Below, piece by piece: positions 39,665-51,549 of a DNA stretch of 64,000 nt; positions within the stretch are counted from its first letter, which is position 1, and each line of letters begins with the position of its first letter. Origin of the DNA: Sphyrna mokarran (Eukaryota); contig JAGIQG010000016.1 of assembly GCA_024679065.1 (NCBI GenBank), positions 51,956,001 to 52,020,000 of the forward strand. Direction: 5' to 3'. The notes below the pieces were generated by a model that saw nothing but the letters and a program-made list of their open reading frames with translations, was not told the DNA's origin and ran no database searches. The position numbers were made by a program, and so were the translations under genes.

Positions 39665-39955
39665 ATCCGTGCATGGTCTGGAATGCCCTGCCTGGGTGAT
39701 GGAGGTGGGTTGCCTCACATCCTTTAACAAGGAGCAGCACCTAATGAAGGAGCTTGTGTTGGACTTCAATATGGTGTTGTGAGATGGCTTACTATCCTTT
39801 TAAAAAGTATCTGGATGAGCACTTGGCACATCATAACATTCAAGGCTATGGGCCAAATGTTGGCAGATGGGATTAGGTGGGACTTCTGGTGTCTCTAATG
39901 TGTTTGCGCAGAATTGATGGACTGAGGGGCCTCTTCTGCCATGTACAATTCTATG
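39665..39955 (+). mobile_element. CR1 3' tail with a nested Penelope-derived fragment (about 39725-39795)
   Basis: tggaatgccctgcc...ggatgagcacttggc CR1 tail, split by cacctaatgaaggagc...tgttggacttcaatatggtgttgtgaga. Confidence 0.65.
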
Positions 39956-39986
39956 CATTTGATCTTTATAGAATCATTTATACTAA

Positions 39987-40247
39987 GACACAGCTTTAAA
40001 TTAAGGAGTGATAGTTATAGGACGGATATCAGAGGTAGGTTCTTTACCCAAAGGGTGGTTCGGGAGTGGAATGCCCTGCCTGCAGCAGTTGTAGATGCGC
40101 CAAGTTTGGTGGCGTTTAAGAGGTTAGTTGATAAGTATATGGAAGAGAAGGGAATGGTTTAGTTTGGAGGGGCATTGCTTTTTATATTGGTTGGCGCAAC
40201 ATCGAAGGCCGAAGGGCCTGTTCTGTGCTGTAATGTTCTATGTTCTA
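39987..40247 (+). mobile_element. Young CR1 LINE, short 3' fragment
   Basis: HSFKLRSDSYRTDIRGRFF...EEKGMV; TTCTATG tail; TSD CTAAGA at 39983-39988 and 40245-40250. Confidence 0.93.
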
Positions 40248-40329
40248 AGAGAAATTTTCATAATAAATCAGATCAGTGTTTCTCCCAACATTGTAGTTGA
40301 CAAAATAACTAGTATATACTCTAAAGTTA

Positions 40330-40352
40330 CCCCCCCCCCCCCCCCCCCCCCC
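40330..40352. repeat. Poly-C tract
   Basis: About 23 consecutive C. Confidence 0.9.
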
Positions 40353-43300
40353 AAACACTTTTTTTTGTACATAAGGACAGCCCATTAGTTCATGTGGGGA
40401 ACACCTTGGGAAAACACCAGCGCTGGATGGTTGCAAAATCCTTAGATGTAGTCCCTACTGAGAGTAGCCTATTATAGGCTCGGCCTTTCAGTGTGCCAAG
40501 GAGATCTTCACTTCCCAGTCCCTCTTGGTATTTATTGTTCTTATTTGAACATTTGTTTTCCTTAAAACATTATAAAAAATACCTAATTTTATGTCGCTGT
40601 CTTTCTTAAGTCCACTCAATTAAATGTAGAATTCATCATTTGGCTTTATAAAGAAGTCTCGATAGAGATCAGAATTAATTAGCCCCTGCCCGCTGTTGTA
40701 AAAAAAAAAAAGGCAAAAGAATGAATCAGAACTGCCCTCCTTTTGGTTAGAAGGTGTGTGACACTCTCATTGTCCCCAGGACATTGCCCAAAGTTACAAT
40801 ACAGAGAATTGGCTGCTCCAATCTATAGAGCCATCAGAATGGGAACTTCAGAAGGTTGTATCTTGATCTGGGTTTATTTAGTTTCAAAATGAGTTTAGGC
40901 ATATGAACTGTCTAAAAATAATTTTGTATTTTGAAAAAATAAGTTTGCTCCAGTTTTCTACATTCTAAAACTTTTTTGAGTGGGATTTTCTGGCCGTGCC
41001 TGCCCCAAGGCTGGAAATTCCTTCCTGAGGTTAATGGTAAATGACATGGTCTTTGTCTAGCCTGCTTTGATTCCTGTGGTGGGAAGAAGGAGAAAATTCT
41101 ATCCTATTTCTTTAATGATTCAGAGAATCAGAATTTTGAATCATCTGTTCACAGAAATCCCTACTCTTCAGCTCCCATTTTTCAAGCTATAGAAGAAATG
41201 AATAATAATTGGATAACAATAGTACATGCACTTCAGAGCTGCAATGCTGCATTCTGTGCAACCTTTGCAATATAATCCATGATTTGAGTTGATTTTGAAG
41301 GCTATGCCTGAAGTTAATTTGCACACTGGTGAAATGTGCTATTTTTGATTGATTAAATATTGCAGTAAAATTTTTCATTCACAGCAAATGGAACCTCCTT
41401 GCTGCATCCCCCACCCCCATCTCAATAGTGAATAAGCGGTGTTTAAAACAGCCATGTGGAATATTCCATTCCTGAGCTGTGCTTTGTTACCTAATTTCAA
41501 GCAGAACGATGATCAGAATGTGACAGTTGGTCCTTGGGCTGAGGTGGGGATAATCGCAGATCACCATCTGGTGATATTCCATCCTATGCTGGAAATGGTG
41601 TGGACTTTAAAAGTTGGAGAGAATAAGTCAAAGCTTTTGTAACCCTGCTCTTGTTTATCTAACATTACCATCTATTAGCATTCACACATAAACAGAAAGC
41701 ATCGTAGGAAGGGATGAGCAATACCCTTCAAACCTCCTTCAGCAAGAACCTAAAGTTTCAGTCTCTGGCACTGAAAGCAGCAGTGTTAACCATGCCACTG
41801 TGCAACCCTCCACTTACTTTAGCCCAAAGCAGAAGTTAATAATTGAGCATATTTTAACCAGCACTTTCAATGACCTGGCAAATGGATACAGAACTATTCC
41901 TAACTGATTGATATCACCCAGCTAGTTCATGCTGAAATATGGTGTTGTAGGACAAGCTAACCCATGATAGCATAGTCATGGGTGTCTGGGATAAAACTCC
42001 CTAATTTTCAAATGTTGTCAGACCTGAGATTTCCCAGCATTTTTCTGTTTTTGTTTCAGACTCCAGCATAGGCAGTATTTTGAGTTTATCTCAGGAAATT
42101 AAGTAGGCCATAAAACAGTTGATTCAGGAGGACTAAGATCTGAATGTCGCTCAGCCAATTGATTCTTCTAAAAAGATAACAGGGACTTCATAAGGTGCAT
42201 CTATCAACAAAACAGATGCATCATTCTTTAGAACTACAATCTCCAAAAGATCACTCACTACTGTGATTGATTTTTCTTCTTCGCTCTCCTGGAAGAGCCA
42301 ATTCAGATCTAACAGACCTTCATGGGGATAGTTGCTATCTGCAGCAGTATCTTCTGTGTCTCTGGCCTTACTTTTTGAAGAACTAAAAGATCCATAACTT
42401 TGTCTGCCCTGGCTTTAGTGGATGGTGTCTCTGTGAACGAAAGGAACTTGCTGCTGATTGCATAAATCTACTCAGCTTCTGACAGCTGAATTTTCACTGT
42501 TTCGAAATAAAAGTTTGAAGACTGTTGTGTGGAACACAGTCGGTCATTCAAATGATGGGCGTCATGTTTTTTTTTTCCCCAGGATTCGCAGAAGTATGCA
42601 ACATTGCCACTTAATAGGAAACTACGTTGGTTGTAAAGGAGAGAATCAATGATCTGTCGCCCCCTTGCAGCTAAGATGAGCAATAATCCTGCCTTTGATT
42701 GGAAGGTCTCTGTTGTTTCGGCCTTGTAATTTGATGTTTGATGTAGAGTCATTGGTTGAAACCAGTTACCATCGTGTGACAATATTTTAATAGACAGTCT
42801 AGGGTCAAGTTTAAAAGAAGTATCAAAGCCTTGAACTATGGCTGTAACAGAAAAGGAGTCATGATGTAGAGATGCCAGCATTGGACTGGGGTAAACTTCA
42901 AGGCCACAAAGGCCGAAAGCTAGCAGATTCACTATCAAATAAATCGGTTGGATTTAAAATTGCTGTTGCCAGACTTTACTGAGTTTACACAGAAAAGGAG
43001 TCCAGATTAAGATTTTCTACTTCCCCTAGGAATTCTGTAGATTTGTCATTTTCGGCATTTTCCATTTCCCAGAAGGAATGTTTTTCATCCATACTTACTG
43101 GTCTGTGACTTCAATCGGAATTGCTGGATTTGCAGAAACATTCGAAGGGTCGGTTTTGCTACAGGATCATTCCGCTTCTCCCGCTGACGAGTTTTGATGT
43201 CTATGGTAGGCTTTTGCGTCACACCTCCAGCATCTCAAAATAGGTGCCAATGTGGTGTTTCCCACCCTTTCACTTTGGGAAGCTTATGTGGGGTGGGGTT

Positions 43301-43627
43301 ACGACCCATGGGCCTACACAATCTACAAAATAGTGAAGCTTCTGAGACCTACAAATTATAGTCTGATTAAATGCTCTTAAACTCAGCCTGCCTAGCATAC
43401 TGGACTGCTTGATCCAGTCTAAGATCATCTTTGGTTTGCAAAAAATTGGGGAGTTTTACTAATTCTATGCAGTCATGCCTGTCCTACAACACCCCATTTC
43501 TGCATGAACTAACTGGATGATAACAGTTCATTAGAAATAATTCTATATCCATTCCCCAGGTCACCATGAGTGCTGGTTAAAATTGCTCGTTCAATTACTA
43601 AATTCTGCTTTGAGCTAAAGTAAGTGG

Positions 43628-43905
43628 AGGGGTGGCACAGTGACACAGTTAACACTGCTGCTTCACAGCATCAGGGATCTGGGTTCGATTCCCAGCTTGG
43701 GCACTATCTGTGTGGAGTTTGCACATTCTTCCTGTGTCTGTATGGGTTTCCTCTAGGTGCTCTGGTTTCCTCCCACAGTCTCAAAGATGTGCTGGTTAGG
43801 TGCACTGACCCAAACAGGCACTGGACTGTGGCAACTGGGGGAATTTCACATTAACTGCATTGCAGAGTTAATGTTACCCTTACTTGTGACTAATAAATAA
43901 ACTTT
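43628..43905 (+). mobile_element. V-SINE with type B tail
   Basis: ggtggcacagtg...gggttcgattcccagcttggg...tacttgtgactaataaataaacttt. Confidence 0.85.
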
Positions 43906-46328
43906 AAAAACTTTTATGTGTCAAAAGCTTTTATTCTAGATTCAAAATCTGTGATGCATTCCTGCACACCCAGCCTTAGGAGAATGTTATCTGTTACTGG
44001 ACCACAGGAACTAATTTGAAGCTTTGGCTCTTTGTCATGAAAGTCTGATATTGTTTGGTACCGGAGAAAATGACATTTTCATGACTCCCACTGCTGTCCT
44101 CACTTCAGACTCTTGAGACAACCAAACAGAATGGGTAAGAGCAAGGATGTTCATGAGGTATCTCATATCTCCCTTCAATGTGCCTCCTTCTTCTGCTGAA
44201 CTTTCTCCGAACTGCTATCAAATGTGTCTTCACTCTGTGGTCCTTTCGAAAAATACCAATTTTCTTCTTACATCGATGTCCCACCATTGCCACCATGTTT
44301 GGACATTAGATCTTTCTGTCTTGAACTGATTTGTTTCTGTGAGAGATTGTAGAAATACTGTGGTATCTCGTTAATACTTGTTGATTAGTATTATATCTAA
44401 ACAGGGTAGGTATTTAGCTCTTAAGCATGATTCAATATCTTAATTCTAAGAATTAAGAATCGTGTGTTAATTCTAACACATGACTGACTAGCTTCAGTGG
44501 GCACATCATCATCTATGTTGTACATTAGTACATCCCATCAGTTAACCCTACGTATTACAGAATCCTCACCCCAAAACCTGTTATTTCATTCTACCCTTCC
44601 TCAAGATTCACCTGTATTGAGGCAGTTGGTTGAAGTTGGAAACCTACAGGGGGAAGGATGAGTTGGTCTAGGAAATCCAAGGACTGTGAAAAGTAGCAAG
44701 ACGAGAGAGAGAAACAAATATTGAAAAACAAAATATCTAAAAAGTCACAAAGCTAAATGAAAAGAGTTTGGAGGAATGGAAATGCCATTTAGTATTATAA
44801 TGAATGTAAAGTTTTCCAAGGTTGGAAAACTGAAAAGTGTGGTGGGGGGGAGGATGTAAATTTGGAAGACATTGCTGAATTAGTGTGAGCAGAGGCCATG
44901 GACAGATTTAAATAGCACGAGAACTTTAAGTATTTAGTAGGTAACAGGGAACAAGTTGCAAGGACGTGAATAAGTGGGGCTTAGTGCAGGATTAGTAGCT
45001 TTATTGTAGACAAAATGAAATCCAGCAAGGGAAGCTGTAGAATAGTCAAGTCTGCAGGTGGTGAAAATATACGCAGGAAGATTTAAGCAATGACAGGGAT
45101 ACTAGAGAGTCAGGGGGAAAGTGATTAAAGAGGTAGCCATATTGTGCCTTCAGGTTGCAGAGTATGCACTGTTTGAAGGTCGTGCAGGGTTTTGCATGAT
45201 CTTACTCAGCTTGATTGACTGACTGACAAACTAGAGAATGAAGTGGTTGACAAAGAAATCAATTGTTGTGAGTTGAAAAACCAATAAATTCTCAATGTTT
45301 CAGCAGACTGGAATAGTAACTCAAAGACAATGTTAGAAAGTGTGTAGATTAAGTCACTACGGGGAAGCATAGAAATAAAGATAAGCATGATAGAAAGACA
45401 GTATGCATGTGGAGTGGAGTGTTATGCAGTTCGTACTGGTATTAAAATATATATATATCATATACATTGATAACGTCAGAACAGACTCGGCACTGATATT
45501 CTGGAACTGTCCACAGCCTGCAGAAACAACAATGGGAATTCAATCCCAGACAGGGCAGAGGGATGTAAGCTGAAAGTCAAGATAACATCCGTTCTTTATA
45601 TATTGAGCCATAACTTATGACTAACCTTAGAAAGAGATGGCTCACAGAAATGAGAAGAATTGAATGTGCATTTACCTATTCTTGAAAATTGCACTGAAAC
45701 TGCCAATGGTCAGAGCTCACAGGCCCAGCACAGTCTAGCTTCAGCGGATTCAAGGAGAGCATGCCCGCTATTTATTGTACTAACTGTCATAAAGCAGGTA
45801 AGTTTAAAAGGCATAGTAACATTGAGAGGCCAGGGAGAAGGTACGTGGATGGGATTTGCGTAGGGGAGATGTAGAGGATTCGTTGGGAAGGAGTTAGGAG
45901 TGCTAGAGGAGGGAGTTGTGGGGGAGGTGATAAAGGAAGAGTGGATGGACAGAAAGAGTGAGACCTCAGCGGTAGGGTGAGGGTTCAGAGGTTAGACGGC
46001 CAATCCACCATCTTCCCATCCACCTTAACTTGATCCTGATAATATGCTAGGTGGGTGGATGCCAACATTGGCAGCTTACCCACATTATTTAGATTAATTA
46101 ATGAAAGGTCAATTAGACTTGTTAGTTTGGTTGATGGAAGTAGTGTTTGGTATATTGACAAGCAGATTTCCTTTCCTAAAGGACATTAGTGAACCAGATG
46201 GGTTTTTCCAATAATTGATAATGGTTTTATGGCCATCAGTAGATTCTAAATTCCAGATACTTTTTACTGAATTCAAATTCTACCTTCTGCTGAATCTATA
46301 GCTGTGTGAATAAACTGATGTGCAAATG

Positions 46329-46612
46329 ATGGTGGCATAATAGTTAGCACTGCTGCCTTAAAGCACCAGGGACCTGCCTTACATCACTGTCTGTGCAAAG
46401 TTTGCATGTTCTCCCCATATCTTCGTGGGTTTCCTGCAAGTGTTCTGGTTTCCTCCGACAGTCTGAAAAAAGTGCTGTTTAGATGCATCGGCTATGCTAA
46501 AAGAAAAATTCTCCCTCAGTGTACCTGAACAGGTGCCGGAATGTGGCAGCTGGGAGATTTTCACAGTATCTACATTGCAGTGTTAATGTAAGTAACAAAC
46601 AAAATAAATAAA
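46329..46612 (+). mobile_element. V-SINE with type B tail
   Basis: ggtggcataatagttagcactgctgcc...gattttcacagta...cattgcagtgttaatgtaag. Confidence 0.82.
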
Positions 46613-46961
46613 CACCCAGTAAGGTCAGAAAATAACAGGCACTGCAATCATATGGAGAGAATAAATAATCATTGCAAAATAATGTCCAACTGCAAAAAAG
46701 TAACAACATAAAAGAATCTTGAGCAAAATCCCAGTTGTTGCTCAGACTGCTTTACTTGCACTATAGCTAAGTGTATACCTGTGTGAAGGAACTGAGGTGC
46801 AAATGCACACCTAATAAGGTTGTGTAAACAACAGGGATTGCAATCATTGGGAGAAAATATGACTTCCTCCTGTGTTGAATCACTCTATGCTCTAATAATA
46901 TTCTTTTCCAAACTGGTGCCCCTCCCCCCATGCTGACAAAATAGCTAAGAATCCTACACCT

Positions 46962-47484
46962 CTATTTTCTCAGATTAAGGAAATTTGGAATGTCAGCTGT
47001 GACTCTCACCATCTTTTACAGATGCACCATAGAAAGCATTCTTACTGGTTGTATCACAGCTTGGTATGGCTCCTGCTCTGCCCAAGACTGCAAGAAACTT
47101 CAAAAGGTCATAAACATTGCCCAATCCATCATGCAAACCGGCCTCCCATCTATTGATTCTGTCTTTACTTCCGGCTGCCTTAGAAGAGCAGCCAGCATAA
47201 TTAAGAACCCCATGCTCCACAGACATTCTCTCTTCCACATTTTTTCCATTGGGAAAAAAGAAACAAAAGCCTAAGGACTTGAACACTGATTCAAGAATTG
47301 CTTCTTTCCTGCTACCATAAAACTTTTGAACTCATGCATTATGTTGATCTTTTTCTACAACCTAGCTATATTGCATTCTACACTCTCTCGTTTCCTTCTT
47401 TGCGTACGGCTTTGTCTGTAAAGGGCAGAAGAAGCAACACCTTTCACAGTATACCAATACATGTCACAATAAATCAAATCAAAT
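46962..47484 (+). mobile_element. Rex1/Babar-type LINE, 5'-truncated
   Basis: ORF 46990-47274 LTIFYRCTIESILTGCITAWYGSCSAQDCKKLQKV; (AAATC)n tail; 8-bp TSD CTACACCT at 46954-46961 and 47485-47492. Confidence 0.88.
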
Positions 47485-47689
47485 CTACACCTGCACTATA
47501 GCTGAGTGTGGGAAGGAACTGAGATGCAAATGCACGCTTAGTAAGATTGGGGAAGCTATAGGCACTGCAGTCATTGGAAGAAACTGGACAACCATTGCAA
47601 AGAAAGTGTCCAAGTGCAAACAATAAAGAGCAAGCTCCATGAACCAGAAATATAGATCCCACTGGCTGCTCAACTCTTCACTCAAGCCG

Positions 47690-48110
47690 CAACTTAGAAC
47701 TTTGCGACGTCAGCACTGGCTGGCAGCCAATAGGAGGGGAGATCCTACCTCACATCCGGTGACGTCACGGATGACACGTGGATTCCAAGATGGCGCAGAC
47801 GAGGGTAAGAGGGAAAGTCTCCTCCATTCCTCCCCCTCCCCCCCCAACCTCTCCGCTGCCCTATCCCAATAACAGCTCCCATACCAGCTTTCAGTGTGTG
47901 TGTGTGTATGTGCGTGCGCGCGGAGGGAAGGTGGCAGCAATCAGCTGGGGAGGGAGTTGCTTCCAGGCTGCGGGATCGCACTACAGAAGCGGCGTCCTGG
48001 CTCGCTCAATCCTGTCAGCGAGAGGCGGCGGCCTAAAAACCCGGCTACGGGCTGCTCCACAGCAAGGGATTGAGTAATAAAGGAAATAGTATCCCGGGAG
48101 CGCAGGTTCC
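47690..48110 (+). promoter_or_regulatory. CpG-rich housekeeping-type promoter / first exon region
   Basis: Local CpG enrichment; CCAAT 47727-47731; TGACGTCA (CRE) 47760-47767; CACGTG 47775-47780; YY1-like CAAGATGGCG over the ATG. Confidence 0.8.
47790..47804 (+). CDS. TM9SF4: Probable TM9SF4 (transmembrane 9 superfamily member 4) first coding exon, MAQTR
   Basis: aagATGG Kozak context, five codons, then AGG|GTAAGA donor; as recalled, human TM9SF4 lies just 3' of HCK and its first exon also codes 5 residues (MATAM); assignment rests on synteny and exon structure. Confidence 0.6.
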
Positions 48111-48507
48111 AGCTCTGCTCCTCTCTCCCAACACCCATCCCTTCATATCAGCTTCTGTCTCTCCCCTTCCCATTTCCTTCAACAAAACTGTCCTCAACCA
48201 AACCTTGTTTTGCTGCACGGGTCTTGTTTTTAACTTTCAGAATCCGGTACCTTGCATTGCACTCTCCATGGCATCCTTGTGTCCTGCACATATGTTTGTG
48301 GAAGTACTTTGTATTCCAAATGTGTTGGTGTTAAATATTTGGGACTCTTCTGCCAGTAGTTATCACAAGATTATATCAAATTGTATAGATGAAGGCTGTA
48401 TGAAATATTTCCATTTCTGGGAATCTGTCAACATTTTTACACGGATTTGCTTGTGGGGGGTATTGGCAGGGCATCCAGGAATTTGCTCTGGGGAGGTAGG
48501 GGGTCGT

Positions 48508-48701
48508 GATGTGGAGATGCCAGCATTGGACTAGTGTAAACACAGTAAGAAGTCTCACAACATCAGATTAAAGTTCAACAGGTCTGTTTAGTAGTAAGTG
48601 CCACTACTAAAGAAGAAGAAGAAGCAGCACTCCGAAAGTTAGTAGCGTTTACTACCAAGTAAACCTATTGGACTTTAACCTGGTGTTGTGAGAACTGTTA
48701 C
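48508..48701 (+). mobile_element. Penelope-derived fold-back element
   Basis: gatgtggagatgccagcattggact start; arms tctcacaacatcagattaaagttcaacagg and cctattggactttaacctggtgttgtgaga; same family as 21741-21938. Confidence 0.75.
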
Positions 48702-48959
48702 CGAGGTGGGAGGGTGGCAGGATGTCCATGAATTTGCTTGAGGTGGGAGGTGGCTGGATATCCAGGAATTTGAGTGAGTGTGATTAGTGTAGTGGTGCAG
48801 GGAAATATGGAGGGGCGGGGAGATGTGAGATTGAAAGGATAATAATTGAGTACTGGTCTTACAAAAGCTTGTCAATGGATTTCAGATGTTAAGTTGTTTC
48901 ACTTTTTTTTTGGAGTAAGTGCAAAAAAGACAGATTATTTGCTATTTTATTCCAGGAGA

Positions 48960-49420
48960 GAGAGTGGCATAACAGTAATGTCACTGAACTGGTAATACAA
49001 AATCTCAGGCTAGTACTCTGTGATCGTGGGTTCAGATCCCACCATGGCAATTGGTGCAATTTATGTTCAAATAATAAATCTGGAATTTCAAACTCATCTC
49101 AGTAATGGTGAATCTTAGTCTGTTTTAAGTTTTCTTTCTACTTTGTCTTTTGTTTTGGGTGGTTTCCTTTTTGGGGCTGCCCTTTTTAATTTGTTCCTCA
49201 GTTAATTTGATTCGGTTAGTCAAAAAGGTTGTCAACTATCATTGTTGTACGAACTAATTTGGTTCACTGATGTTCTTTAAGGAAAGCCTGCCACCCTTGC
49301 CTAGCCTGATCTAGATGTGAGCAGAGGTCCACAGTACTGCAGGCCACTCAGTTAAAGGGCAGTTAGGCATGGGTAATAAATGGTGGTCTTGCTGGCAATA
49401 CCTACATCTTATGAAAGATT
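48960..49420 (+). mobile_element. tRNA-derived SINE, family B
   Basis: gtggcataacagtaatgtcactg...gggttcagatcccaccatggca...gggcagttaggcatgggtaataaatggtgg. Confidence 0.75.
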
Positions 49421-51549
49421 GAAGACTGCCTGGTTTAATAAATTAAACTAAAACATACTTGGAGCAATTGCATATTACAATGCGGATGGGTCCAACACTT
49501 GTACAATGAGCAGTCAGAGGCAAATCTATCTAGTTATTGCTGCACGATGCTATTTTCTAATTGAATGCGAAATGTTCTGGCCACAGCTATGGCTGTTTTA
49601 CTGACAGGGAATGCTTGCAAATTATTTTTGTATTTTGTCAAGATCTGAAAAATGATTTTGATATAAATGCGCATCAAATGTAAGAGTCACGTAAATGTCA
49701 ATATTTTATAAACATTCAATGTTAAGAGTTAAAACCCTCTTGTTAACATTTCAAATTGATGGCCTGGCTTGAGAACAGGAGAACTGATTAGAGGATATTG
49801 ATTTGAACCATTAACGTTGTTTCTCCCTTTTCATAAGCTGCCTAACCTGAGTATTTCCAACAGTTCCCATTTTTAGTTCTGATTTACATCTGTATTTTGT
49901 TTAAATAAAATCCTCTTGTACTGGTGATCTTTGGGTCCTTCACTTTAGAAAGTTTGAAGATGTGAAGATGATCTGTCAATCGTAGCGAAGTCTGAACAAC
50001 CTGATTTATCTGTCTGATGTTTAAAGCTTGTCAAATTGTCAAAAAATAAATGCAGATTTGGAGACCATTAGTTTCCATTTAAAATCATCTGTGGAACCCT
50101 GCTGTTCTTTGAATGATTACAATGTTTCCACCTCCATTATTGTACTTGGAAGTCTGTTCTTTGACGTCAGTCCTAAATTGCAGGAGACTCTCTATTTGTA
50201 AAAAAAAAAAATGTTTGAGGTAATAGTTCACTTGAGTGTCTTTTTGAGACTTTATTTTTAGAGCATATTTAAAAGATGAATCCGAATACTTGAATGCAAA
50301 TCTGTTGATTCCAGAAGTGTAACAGTTGAAGTCGTGTGAGGTGATACTGTCTGTGACTCTTAGTTTTTTTTAAATTCTGTAGATATTTGATTTGGTTCCA
50401 TTATATTGTACCCATTATATTCTCCATCTCAGGTTGGCTCTTGGAACTTTTGTAAGGACACAGTGTTTCAGAAATGTAAACTGTTAATTGATGTATTATT
50501 TATTTTGCTGTTATTTGTGAAACAGAAGTACATATTTTAAAACACCTTTTGAAGTTAAAAAGAATAAAAGGAGAAAGACTAGGTTGTGTCTAATCTTGGT
50601 TGTAAAGCTTGTGGATCGCAGGTGAAAAGAACGGCTGGTGGGGTGAAGAAAGAAAAACCTTTTACATCGTTTGTCGTGACCTCAGGCTTACCCGTGTCAA
50701 TGAATGGTGTGGAGTTTCACAGCTCTGAGGTGAAAATGTACGTATAGGAAGGTGAAGAATTTTGTGGTACATTCTCAGGAAGGAAATACAGAAAATCAAA
50801 TTTTTTTTTTTAACTTTTCCAGCATTTTGTTTTTAATTTCAGAAGCATGAGGTTTCAGATATGTAGAGCGAGCTTAAAAAGCTTCACCGGTTGAACATAG
50901 TTCTTTCTCAATTGACTGCTGCCATGTGCTGCCGTAAGTTGATTATACAATGGCAACATTGAGAGAATTGTTGCATTTAGTTCATTTAACCAAATCCTTA
51001 AGTAAATAGCTGAACTTAAATGTAAAGTTATTGAACCCCAGATGTATTCTGCTGAAAATAAGCAGGAAATGTAAAACTGCCATAATTGTAATTTACTTGT
51101 AACATGAGCAGGTCTAAGTTGTTATGTGCATCACTGGAATCTAGAGTCATACTCAACAGGAACAGGTTGAGAAAATCTGAAGGAAGTATTGTCCTGATCA
51201 AATGAGGCTGAATTAAAATGGCCCAGAGATAAAAGAGCAGTATGTTGCTGCCAACACACTGCCCCATGTGCGGTAATCTATAATTTATAGTGAACACTGT
51301 GTTGTTTAGAATACCTGTACCAATGATTGAATTGACAAAGTCCAAACATCTGTATGTATCCTGTACAACTATAAGTGCAATTACAGGAATGCAGGTGAGA
51401 CCAGAAAATGCCAGAATATGCTGATTCTCTTAAGGAAGGAAGTTATTTAAAAATATTGTTCAAAGCTTGTGCTTTTTTATGAATATAGTATAAGCTCTTA
51501 GATTTGGTTAATTTAGGAATAATAAAACTGAAACAGTCTTTGGACTTTA

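Noticed and set aside
47639-48534. Several overlapping ORFs on both strands around the CpG island
   Set aside because: Expected in GC-rich promoter DNA; no recognisable protein; only MAQTR plus the donor is supported
51028-51345. Minus-strand ORF starting DFVNSIIGTGIL, reminiscent of the SLC38 transporter TM1 motif
   Set aside because: Similarity is limited to about 10 residues, the following sequence does not continue the family pattern, and no companion exons were seen; most likely chance
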